Below are positions 49,090 through 60,729 of a DNA stretch of 64,000 nucleotides, in pieces. The notes beneath the pieces were generated by a model. It saw only the letters and a list, made by a program, of their open reading frames with translations, was not told where the DNA came from and did no database searches. The position numbers and the translations under genes are program-made. The stretch spans positions 8,432,001 through 8,496,000 of the forward strand of contig NC_135761.1 of assembly GCF_052425735.1 (NCBI RefSeq), read 5' to 3'. The DNA comes from Oculina patagonica (Eukaryota). Position 1 is the stretch's first letter; each line of letters opens with the position of its first letter.

Positions 49090-52000
49090 CACCAGAACAT
49101 ACTACATAATACACAGAATACACCATAATAACCATACAACATAATACACAGAATACACCTTGGACACAGCTGTAGCTCAATCCAAAATAAACCAATCGCA
49201 CTGTATATAACCTCCACAAATTACTATATTTTATTTTTGCATGTTCTTTTAGGAATTCATTCATACACTTGATGAATCAATGGTCCGTAAGCTATGCATC
49301 AGAAGCCTTCGGAGGGGAATTGGTAGTATGAACTACATACACGGTCTCCTAATTATGGAAGATGACCTTGAGGATGAGTCATTGAATAGCAGTGACATAA
49401 CCCCCACCCCTGGCACTTCAACAGAAGAGCAGCTTACTAACATGGAAGGAACTCCTGGCCCTATACCTCCTTCTGGGAGCAGCACAATACCGTGGTGCAA
49501 GTGTGTCATGTGCCAAATCATGCCGCAGGACATTGAAAATAAATGTTGCTCACAAAGGAGATGTGTTACCATACACAATAGGTTTAAGGACGTTTGCGCG
49601 AAAATCTTCCAACCTTGCAATTTTTCTTAACCCTATTCAGACCGGGGGGGGGGGGGGGGCTTTTGAGGCCCGCGCTGATTTTGAACTTTTATAACTTTTT
49701 TAAGATTTAACCAAACGCTGCCAAACTTTCTGAGTTTTCCTAACATTTATCTGGCAACAATTTGGAAGGGTTGGATGATGTGTCAGAAACTTAACATCAC
49801 CATGGCAACGGCATTTTGACAGGCATGTTTTCCCAAAAATGTATATTTTGCGTGTTTCTGCTAATAAAAATCAACTTAAATGGAATTATTTCTACATTTT
49901 TACGGATTTAAAGCACATTTTTATTTAGTTGGAGTACTATGCAGTGATTTTGGGTGGTTTTCTGGCATTTTGGAAAATTTTTGAAATCCAAGATGGCGGA
50001 TCCAAGATGGCGGCTGTTTTGACATCATGATGTAATTGTCACGTGATGTGACGTCACCATCTCACGTGACGTATACCAAAAGAAAGAGTTTCGGACATAC
50101 AATACATCCTATAAGTTTCATGGTGATTGCTTAAATATTCTGGAAGTTACATAGGGGGGGGGGGGGGGGGGTTCACCACTGCTAGTTTACAAGTTACTTA
50201 TGTCTGAAATGTAAAAAAAAATGGGGGTCACCGAATTCGTTTTCGAGATATGATATCTGAAAGAAGGCGCTCATTTGGAAAAAAATTGATTTCGTCACTC
50301 GATATGATCTCTGCGGCTTCTGGCAACAAAATATTTTGAATGAATTGATGCATGCCAACTTCCTTTGTCCCAATTTATTTCAGTGGGTCTATTGAACAAA
50401 TGTATTTCACTTTTAAAGTCCCTTAGAGTAAACCTTGTCTCGTATTTTGACTGATTCGATCGCGCGCAGGAAGAGAAAATGGAAAAAAATTTCTAATATT
50501 CGAATTTGGCTCATTTTTTGTCAATCGGTAGAGATTTATCCCAAAAGGTTATTTATCCCGAAAAAAATGGGGGTCACCGACCGTTTAAGAGAGCAAACTG
50601 CAAGCGAAGTTTAATAACACAACGGCTACTCACCCAAAATGTGTTTGGAAAGATTTCTCAGCACGCGCGCTCATGCATGACGTGGCATGACGTTGCGACA
50701 TGAATTACGTGCACAGTAAGGATACACATAAACAATTAGCGCGAACGTCCTTAATAAGGTATTTTGGCAAGTTTGTCGAGCCACGCCCAAAGTTGTTCCA
50801 GTTTTGATGGAAACATAGCCCAAACAACATGTACCCTTGGGACGACCACGTACTGTAGAGTAGCGCCGTCATTTTTGACGCGAGACTGTGGGGCATGCTA
50901 CGAAGCAAGCACAACCAAATCTTGGTAAAGTTTCCAGGACAAAAAAGAAAACAAAAGGCTGGGAACGAGAACGTTGTTCGGTTTGATGCAAAGTGGTCGA
51001 TGATTGTGTTAAGGAAGTGGTAATTTTTTTTTTTAAATGTAAGCACGTACAGCAGTTACTGTTTTCCTTGCCATGCGAGTCTGACAAGTTTTATTTGCTC
51101 GTGTATACTTATTTAAAAAGTTCCCATGAGATATTTCTCTTATTTTCCCTTGATATTGTTTATAGATGAATATCCCGTCAAACGAGGGTCCTACAAACTA
51201 GAAAGATTTCGTAACTATCCTTGACTGATCCTTGTCAAGTCGCGCACCCAAGCACGTTTGCTAAGCAAAAAGGTTTTTTTGATTGAACAGGGAGAGTAAA
51301 AAAAAAACCAAATGCTTGTAATATTTTGTTGCTTTACAAGCGTAAGTGCGTGAAACCTGTCACATAAAAACTTGTCAAAAAAACGCCTCTTACGTACGTA
51401 GGTAGCTTATAGACTTAATTGGCGATAAGTCTCTAGGCAGACATTTCATGATAAAGATAAATTAAATCTTGACCGACAGACCGGCTAACCGTGCAGATTT
51501 TGTTACGCCATAAACCAGAATTTTTTACGTCATTGTGTACATTTTTGATTTCCTCAATTCGGTTTCGGCAGATAGTTTTGTAGTTTTCTATTGATTTTGT
51601 AGTTTTGCTTTATTTCTCTTTAGTGTAACATCACGACTTTTGTGTTCGATGTTTTAAAACCTTAATTTTTTTGTGTGTCCATATAATAATTAAGATAAGC
51701 AAAAAATACCTGTATGGTAGAGTGTACGTTTGTTGTGTTGCTGTAAGGATTTGATCGGAGAAAAGACCGAGACATAATACAATTCAAGAGAATTTCTTTC
51801 CCAACATACATGTAAGTGATATTTCGATTCAAATTCAAATAAAGTTCATTATTTATGCTTCAAAGGTGTACGATCGTCCCGCCGATTGAACAGAGAGGAA
51901 GTTGGCTAAATTTAGGTGTGCAAATTTCACCTGTGAAACAAAATAGAACTGTTTTTGCTTTCGAAAACAACTGTAGCGTTTATTTGAATTAAAGTTTTGT

Positions 52001-52554
52001 CGATAAAACCTTCTTTGCCCTTTTTTTGTCTGTTTATTAAAAGTTTTCGCTAAGTAAAACGTGTGCAAACACGACAAATTTGCATACGGAAGATGAAATT
52101 TGACCTGTACAGGCTATTTGCGGTTGCTAATTAAAATTAAAGCTTTATTTAGCCCATTTTCATTTTCAATTTTGTTGTTGGGCTAAAACTTGACATGCAA
52201 TAATATTTTTTTGCCGAAAATAGTTCATTTTACCATTTTAGTTCGGAGCCCACTTTCAGCCACACTATGTATTTACTGCGCATGTATACCACCGAAGATA
52301 AAAATGTGTCTGCTATTTCCGCTCATGGTTCAATCGAGTGTACTCACTGTAGAGATAAGGGATGACAAGCTGCCCTCGATAATAATTTCTTCTCACGAAC
52401 AAGTAAACAACTACTACAGCTCCGTCTCGTTTACCAATCACCGAATGTGGCAGTCAAAATTAAAGTACGTGCATTGAGTCAGCTGCAGCGCCTGAAATTA
52501 ACACCAAATATATTTAGCTGGATAGTCACCAAGTAATAGCTAGTCATCTTAAAC

Positions 52555-53508
52555 ATGAACAGAACCAACGAAAGTAATGTGAGCTGCTATTTTCTGGATG
52601 TAAACTTGGAACAAACTAAGAATACCTTTATCGCAAATATTCTAACATGCATTCTAAATGCAGTGTTTTCTCTGTTAACATCTACTGGAAATTTTATTAT
52701 TCTGTATGTCATCTGGAAGAGACAAGAACTTCATTCGCCATCTTTTATCCTTCTGTTTTGCCTCGCAGTTTCCGATTTTGTTGTTGGAGTGATTTGTCAG
52801 CCCTTTTTCGTGGCCTTTCACATTGCGGAAATCACGAATAACTTTCAAGCTTACTGCGCCTTGAGAATTATTCAGAGCATATCTAGCTATGCTACAACTG
52901 GCGTGTCTTTGGCAACTCTAAGCGGAATCTCCATTGATCGTCTTCTCGCTTTAACCCTTCATCTACGATATAACATGATTGTTACTGTTCCCAGAATAAT
53001 AGCTACTGCTGTTGTGGTCTGGATAATATCAACTAGTGTTGTTATTTTAAGGTTTCGGGTAGACAAGTGGATTTTCGTTCCTGTAGTTATATTACTGCTA
53101 ACATTTCTTGTTACGGCCATGAGCACCTTGAAGATATTTCAGGTTGTTCGGAGACATCAGCGCCAGATATACCAGCAACAACAGAGTGTTCATGGAACCA
53201 TGGTAAACGCCCTCAAATGTAGAAAATCTTCTATAACTGTGCTTTATGTTTATGGTTTGTTATTAGTTTTTTATCTTCCTCTTTTTCTGACAATCTCTGT
53301 AAGGACATTTACTGGGTACACAACAAACGTGAAAGTTGCCAATGACTATGTTACAACTATTGTTTTTATTAACTCCTTTTTAAATCCATTTGTATACTGC
53401 TGGAGAATTGGAGAGATACGACAAGCTGTTAAAAATACGCTGAGAAAAACACACAATGAGGTTATCACCGCTATGGAGAGTCCATTTAGATCTGAATCAA
53501 GGCTATAA
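52555..53508 (+). CDS. Intronless class A orphan GPCR, copy 5 (317 aa)
   Basis: LAVSD, SIDRL, FYLP, NSFLNPFVYCWR motifs; N-terminal N-glycosylation sequons NRT, NES, NVS. Confidence 0.94.
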   Translation: MNRTNESNVSCYFLDVNLEQTKNTFIANILTCILNAVFSLLTSTGNFIILYVIWKRQELHSPSFILLFCLAVSDFVVGVICQPFFVAFHIAEITNNFQAYCALRIIQSISSYATTGVSLATLSGISIDRLLALTLHLRYNMIVTVPRIIATAVVVWIISTSVVILRFRVDKWIFVPVVILLLTFLVTAMSTLKIFQVVRRHQRQIYQQQQSVHGTMVNALKCRKSSITVLYVYGLLLVFYLPLFLTISVRTFTGYTTNVKVANDYVTTIVFINSFLNPFVYCWRIGEIRQAVKNTLRKTHNEVITAMESPFRSESRL

Positions 53509-54000
53509 TTTTGGTTCTGCAATTTGATAGAATGGGACGGTGTTAAACATGGAAAGGGTTTGAAGCAGTATTTATTAATATTTTATTAATATTTTTTTAT
53601 TGTAAAGCGCCATGAGCAATTAGTGGATTTTGGCGCTATAAAAATACTTTTTATTATTATTTATTATTAATTTATCATTCCTAGCCAATTGTCTGTGCGT
53701 ACCCTTAACTGTTGTGTTGAAGTTTGTCAGTCCTTCCCCTCCCTTTTTTTCCTTTTCAAATAACCAGTATTTCATACAATGGATGTCGTGTTAAAATGTC
53801 AGTGGAAGAATCAAGCTTAATTAAATTAAATTTTGTGAACGCACGCTGTCAATCAGTTATTGCTATTTCAAAATGCCTATTCTCTCTTCGCATGTTTCCC
53901 ATTACCAAAGGTTGTCTCAAATGTCATTTTTTTATGCATTTAACGTTTTTGCCTTCAAAAGAGCATATCTATTTAATGTAAAATGCATGTGATCTTAGTC

Positions 54001-54342
54001 TTAACCGCGGTCAAACGCACAGGCAGCTTTGCTTCCTATTTCGGGGAATTTCGTTCATCTTAAGTGAAAGTATGAGCAAGGATCGATAAAATAGTTGCTA
54101 CGGGTAAACATTTTCCCATTTCCACAGGTAAACGAGTCTTTTTACTTTTTAAATGTTCCGCATCCGAACCAAAGTGCTTTGACAAAATGGCTCTGACAAG
54201 TCCTCATGTCGCTATTTTCAACACGTAGAACTTTTTTAGTAAAGCTCAAAAAAAACCAATCTTTATGCTGTGAAAATTAAAACCTTATCTTTAATGTACT
54301 TTTCTTGTTTTTTGCATATTTCTGTCGTTTGACCGCGGTCGA
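54001..54342. mobile_element. MITE with 9-bp TSD
   Basis: ACCGCGGTCAAACG / CGTTTGACCGCGGT TIRs; TSD ATCTTAGTC at 53992-54000 and 54343-54351. Confidence 0.78.
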
Positions 54343-56059
54343 ATCTTAGTCATCCTATTTTGTTGATTAACTAGCTATAGTTTCCAGCAAAGCAATTGGC
54401 TTTAGTCCTTTGTATAGCCGGTGTGTCCTTGTTCAGGCAGTTTTATTGTACAATTTTACTATGTTATATCTCAAGGAGCTTTAATTAATTTTTGTCAACT
54501 GACGTCAGCCAAAAATTGCTATTTTTAAATGCTTTTTTCTCCTCAGAAGTTCCCAAGGCCAAAGGTTGTCTCAAATTTTATTTTTTTGTCTTGAATTTAA
54601 CGTTTTTTGCCATAAAAAGAGGTTATCTATTTACTGTGAAATATAGCATTAGGCTTTTAGAAAATCAGCTCGTCAATTTTGAGGTTCATGAACTGCCAGT
54701 TTATCTACTTTTTTAATTGCCTTATTCAGTGCGTTAAATTGTTTCTAATAATTAAATTTGAAAACCCTTCCTTGTCTCCCTTGAAAATCAGTATTGACAA
54801 AATTTGTTGAATTAGCTGTCTTTTTACATTACCGTTTTAGCATAGTAAAATTTTATAAAAATAACCTTCGTAAAGTTATTTACACATAGACTCGATGCAG
54901 ATAATTGCACTCTCTCGGCTGTCAGGCAGAACGGTTTTGATTTGAAGACGGCTTGAGGCTGAGATATTATTTTTTATCTTAAAAAGAGAGTACATTACGG
55001 TTTTTCAGGAAGTCACTCTAAAACGTATTTACATTACACGGACGTGAACGTCTCGGAAAAGTGCAATTTGTACCAGCACGTATTTGCCATTTTCACAACA
55101 AACGGAAAAGAAAAGTTAAAAATTAAAAGAAAAGTTCTTTGGGAAATTTATGGCACTTTTGAAGTTATATTAAATGTAAATACTTTTAAGAAAGGTTCCT
55201 GTGAAAGAACGGTGTAGTGGATTCAAACTATTCTAGCGATTCCATAACCGAACTTGACATTGCTACTGTCAAAATTAGTTTGTTTAGTTGTCCTTTGACT
55301 GCAATTTATAACTATATTTTGGCATATTAATCAAAATTAAATAAACACCTTAATCAAAATTTCTATTAAAAAATTAAAATACATATCATTTATATAATGA
55401 GCTTCCAAATGGATACGACATACACAATCAACCAAACAACACACGAGTTTTTTTTTGCCCGCTTATCATAATGTCCAAAATAATATTTTTACCATGAGCA
55501 TGACTGACCTATCGATTAGTTTTCAGCCTCTAACAATGTGATAATTTGTAATAGCAGCAGAGACAGCAGCAGATTAAAAATGCTGTTTAAATTTAAAGTT
55601 GTTCATCTGCTGTACTAATTTATTTCAGATTTAGAACATGAAAATTCTAGTGTGATGGGATTGATCGTAAACCTTCGACAACAGGATCTGTTTCTTTTAT
55701 ATCGGAAGGTTGTCACTTAATACTGAGTTATCCGATATGAACTGTGAAAATGAATTGAGACGACAATGTTATTTTAGGCTTCTTGATCAAATGATCGTTA
55801 TTGAAAATTGCAGATATAAATCGAATATTACCTACATCAACTTCAGAGCCCAAAATTAAAAGATAAGTGTAACATTCCTTGGTGACAGCTCAACAGGGAC
55901 AGGACCCAAATCAACTAAGCCGATCCTATCTTGACCTAACTTGTAGCAAACGATGGGTACCTTTATTGCTAGTATTCTAACATGTCTTATAAAAAATGGG
56001 AATTAAAAAGGGAATTTACGGTGGTATCTTCCACATATTGGCTCTTCTTGGTCCCACTG

Positions 56060-56261
56060 ATTCCAGATCGAATTGGAATTCGGAAGTGTTAGTTTTTGTT
56101 GAGGAAGGAAAACTGGAGAACCCGGAGAAAAACCCTCAGAGCAAGGACAAAACCACAACAAATTAAACTCAACCCACATATGACACCGGGTCCTTGAATC
56201 GAACTATAGCCACATTGGTGGAAGGTGAGCGCTTTCCCCAAGGCGCCATCCCTGCTCCCCC
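56060..56261 (-). mobile_element. tRNA-derived SINE (V-SINE-like), diverged
   Basis: Minus strand GGGGAGCAGGGATGGCGC..TTCGATTC..GTGGGTTGAGTT..GGGTTTTTCTCCGGGTTCTCCAGTTTTCCT..AATTCCAATTCGATC. Confidence 0.75.
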
Positions 56262-57522
56262 AAAGTGCAATGTTTTGTCTCATGTCATTGAGTCAGTGTA
56301 CGGGTAATTTGGCATTTATTACGTTATATTGTTTTTAATAATTGAATCTGAAAAATCCTTTCTCGCCTCTCTTGATCTTCGGTATTGACAAAAGTTGTTG
56401 GATTAGCTGTTTTTTTTTACATTAATGTTTTGGCATATTAAAACTAAATAAACGACTTTGTTAAATTTATTTACAAATAAACTCGCTGCAGATAGTTGCA
56501 CTCTTTCGTCTGTCAAGCATTCTAAAAATACTGATGTTCTTTTTTTATTTTAAGAAGAGGGAGCATGACAGTTTTGCAGTGGATCACTCCAAAAGGTAAT
56601 GCATTGTTTTCCCTGATAACCATGAGTCAAACATGTACGAGTTTGGGTAATAAACGTATACTGGGAAAGCATATTACAGATCAGATTTGATTGGCCAACA
56701 ATCCGAAACGAGTACTCTTTGCATGCTTAAAAAAACTAGTTGTCGATAATTGCATTTCCGTAGCAAAGACTTGTTGTCGACAACTGTTTGATATCGACAA
56801 CTAAAATAGTTCTTCTCTTGAAAAGAAAAACTGTTAAGTTGTTGATAGACTAGTTTTTTTAGAGTTTGGTATGCTTTACACATTCACAATGCGCATTTAT
56901 TTTGCCTTTTGTGCCAGTAATTTCATCAGGAAAATGACAGTATGGTAAATATATTTTTTCTACATTTGGTTTGATATTTGAGGCGTGTGACTCTCGCCTT
57001 AAGACAGAGAGGAAGTATTGTCTCAATATAAATATGTAATGATTTCACCCACGAAAGAAAATTGCAGGGAATTTTGTAGCGTTTATCTGACGAATTTTTG
57101 TCTGCAAAGGCTTTTTGTCTTTTGTATCTGTTTATTCAAAGGTTTTGCTAAGTAAAACGAGCTGCGCAAACATGACAAATTTGCATACGCAACTAGAACT
57201 TTAGCGCGGTGTTTTAGCAGTTCCAATTTGTTGTTTGGTGAGTAATAGTTGACATGAAATCATCTGTAAATTTTTTTCTTCCAAAGAACATTTTACTATT
57301 CTAGTTTAAAGCTTTGCGGCCTATTAAAAACGTTCTGAGAAAATAAAATTATGCTATGTTTTGTTGTTAATTTTATGTATGTTCTGCGCATGCTTGCTGA
57401 CGGAGATACCCGTTTCTTCGTTCTCATTTAATAGACGGGCACAGGCCGCTAGCTGTCGACGCCCGTCTTATGCTTTCGGGCAAGGATTTTGTTTTTCCAG
57501 GAAGGGAATTTAAGGTTATGTA

Positions 57523-57891
57523 CCGTATTTATTCGATGAAACGCCGCCCTCGAATAAACGCCGCATTTTAGAGCAGAAATATTAATAAACGCCGCCCTCG
57601 AATAAACGCCGCATCACGATGCGTTTTTTTTTAAATTATAGACTCAAAAAGCAAATGCAGTGAAATATCAAGTTTGAGCAAGCCTAAAATAATTATTTTC
57701 CTTGATTTTTTTCCTTGATGGTAACAATGTTTTAAGGTATTGAAAATGGCTTTTGAGACAAGTACTACAACGTGTTCCTGTTTTTGCCTATGAATTTTAA
57801 ATAAACGCAGCCCTCGTATAAACGCCGCCCTCGAATGCACTGGAATCGCGAAAGATTCAATAAACGCCGCTCTTTTTTTGAATAAATACGG
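57523..57891. mobile_element. Tc1/mariner(pogo)-type MITE with TA TSD
   Basis: TA|CCGTATTTATTC ... GAATAAATACGG|TA; internal AAACGCCGCCCTCGAAT repeats. Confidence 0.8.
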
Positions 57892-58392
57892 TATTCTCAT
57901 TGGCGTACTAGCCTGCGGGGCATCTTTTATCGGCCGCTTGGAATTGCCTTATATATTGAAGGGAGAATGGGACAGGGGATTTAAATAAATTGTTTTTCTA
58001 GGTATGGACTTTCTACGTCACCCATTTTGATTGGCTTACCAGGGATTATCTGTCATCAGCTACTAGAGGAGGCAGGGAGGATGGTGCAGAGGGATTTTAA
58101 CCGCGTAATACGCATTTTTATAAGCGTTTTACTTAACATGTAACAAGAAATCCTCGCTTAGACCAAAAAGTAAAATTTAGTCGGGTAGTAGGGAAGGACT
58201 TTTCAACAATTAGACTACGAGCCTGAGTTTTCTATGAGCAAATAGTCAACGAGGCGCAGCTGAGTTGATTATCGCTCATAGAAAACAAGGGCGAGTAGTC
58301 TAATTGTTTTAGTAGAAACTCTAAAGGATTGCAGTCCAAAACCTACTATATTGTGCACCCTGAAGACAAAAATCAAGAAAATTTATCGCTTA

Positions 58393-59015
58393 AGGCTGGT
58401 TCTCATATGATCGCTTCGATCGTCTCAGTCGCCTCTGTCGCTTCAAATAGTTTGCTTGCGATTGGGGCGATCATATGAGAACATTACAGAGACGTCTGCG
58501 ACGATCGGGGCGATCACGATCGCTATATCAATCGCCCGTGTTCTATCCGGGCGATCGGTCGCAGACCGCGGCGATCGCGAACGATTATATGAGAACTACT
58601 GCCACAAAGGGAGACGATCGAAGCGATCCAAACTGTCCCATGGTGCATCAGTATTACCCAGAACTACGTTTCCGTTTGGCCTCTCTTTTGCTTCTTCGCC
58701 GTAAAACGGCAATAACGAGAAGATAGGAGGCCACGGTCGTTACATCGAAGGCTACCATAAGCGATATCGGAGTTTTGAAAAAACACACGTGCGTCGATCG
58801 GAATAAAATCGAATATTTATATGCGGGAACAAAGATAAGATCATGAATTATTATCTTGTTTGATTAACCCTATTTTGCATATACCAGACGATCGGGGCGA
58901 TCATATAAGAACCCTCTGATCGCTTCCAATCGCTTCGATTGCCTACGATCGCCTCAGAATTTGCAAACGACAGAAGTGACAGAGACAATCGGGGCGATCA
59001 TATGAGAACCAGCCT
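58393..59015. mobile_element. PIF/Harbinger MITE with TTA TSD
   Basis: TIR AGGCTGGTTCTCATATGATCGC / GCGATCATATGAGAACCAGCCT; TTA at 58390-58392 and 59016-59018. Confidence 0.85.
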
Positions 59016-59595
59016 TTAAAGAGCTACGCGCGCGCGTAACTGTTTTCTATTTAACAATTAGACGGCAAGCTCGAGGTTTCTACCGGCTGATAGTTGGCGA
59101 GGGGCGAAGCCCCGAGCTAACTATCAAAAGCCGGTAGAAACCAAGAGCGAGCCGTCTAATTGTGTTAGCATAACCCACTGACCGATCTATTAAACTCAGA
59201 ATATCGCTAGAATTGATTTATTGAAGGTTTTGATTGATAAAATTCAGCAAAGACTACGCGCGCGCTCCGAGAGCCTTCTACGGATCGATAGTAGGCACCT
59301 GTGTAGCCAATCAGATTGCAAGATTACCAATAGTAGGTCAGTGTGGTTATGCTAACGGCGAATAGAAAACAGTGGGAAAACCAATCAAATTCGCGGATTT
59401 CCCATAGAACACTGCTGAGTTTCTACTAATACAAAATATAAAGGAAAGACACCAATTACATAATCAGTTCTAGTATTAGAAAGAAAACAGTCATCTCTGG
59501 CATCTTTACTTTCAAAGCGATGCGAAAAGGTGGATATGTCTCGGTCGTTACCTTGAATAATGGCCGTGACTGAATTTTTTTTAAAGGTAAACGTA

Positions 59596-60008
59596 AGATA
59601 AGATAAGATAAGATAAGATAAGATAAGATAAGATAAGAACTTTAATAGTAATCTCCCCATAGGGCTTTTCAGAAACTATTTACAATAAAAAATAAATCTA
59701 CTTAACACTAATATTTACAAATAAAATTGAAAACTAAATAAAATAATGATTAAAAGTTTAAAAGAAGATGATCCCTAAGCTTTGATTTAAAAGAGTACAG
59801 AGAGTTAGCGTTTTTGATTTCAATATCAAGGCTGTTCCATAGGTTTACGGCTCTGTATGTAAATGTTCTTTGGCCTGCTGCGGTCCTGAACAGTGGAATT
59901 TGCAAGCTCTGGTGTTGGCGGGTTTTTCGTCCATGAACATCAGACCTTTTACAAAACTTGTTGCTTAAATAACTGGGTGCTAAATTATTTAGACATTTGT
60001 ACATTAAT
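59596..60008 (-). mobile_element. 5'-truncated CR1/L2-clade LINE with (TATCT)n tail
   Basis: ORF 59750-60004 MYKCLNNLAPSYL..GQRTFTYRAVNLWNSL..SFKSKL matches the ORF2 C-terminus; microsatellite tail at 59596-59638. Confidence 0.85.
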
Positions 60009-60010
60009 AC

Positions 60011-60051
<41 letters not shown>

Positions 60052-60729
60052 ACAATGGCGAGCCGATAGGCGAGCCATTGTAAACGGCCATACAGATCGG
60101 ACGCGAATATTTTATTCTACTTGTGAAATGAAAACAATAAATTGAATGGAAAGTTTTGTTATGCGAATCAGTCGAGATCTGTAGGAAAAGTTAATAAATA
60201 CTAAATAGCTTAGCAGGAGTCTGTATCAAAAGTTAATTATATTGTTTGATTTGTATTGGGGTTTACAGTTGTGTACATGTGATCTGAATACTGTGCTGGG
60301 ATTGGTTTGCACCCTCATGAATAGTTAATGAATTTTACAATAAATCTCTAAAGGCTAGTTGTTCTTTTAAAGGCACCCAGTTTAAATGACGGAGAAGTGG
60401 AGTCACGTGGTCGTACTTCCTTGAGTTGAACGTAACGTAAACGTAACGTAACGTAAATTAAACGTAACGTAAACGTAAAGCTATCTTCGTTCATGATTTG
60501 AGTGGGCTCAACGTAAAGGTAGCGGATGGCAGTTCGACATCAAAATTATTTCTTTTTACGAAGTTAAGTACACAAGCAGCAGGTGGAGTAAGACAGCTAC
60601 GTCTCAGTGACAATCACCGAATATTTGGCATGTATAAATTATAGATTTACGTTAACTGCAGCGCTAATAACAGATAAGTTAGCTGGCCAAAAGAGGTCGC
60701 CGTCACGCAGTGAGCAGTTCATTTTCAAC

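Larger units (their letters stand above)
47942..49625 (+). pseudogene. Decayed spliced Cys-rich gene with a P2X7-ballast/KolX-like domain, behind a Kolobok-like end (TTAA|AGGCGCTACGTCACG at 47496)
   Basis: Exon MDADEARDDVA|gtaag; exon ~48095-48248 with a CXC-like CSTK..RGCPCKT..CRCG..PCRNK (frameshifted); segment ~49490-49600 WCKCVMCQIMPQDIENKCC..RCVT. Confidence 0.55.
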
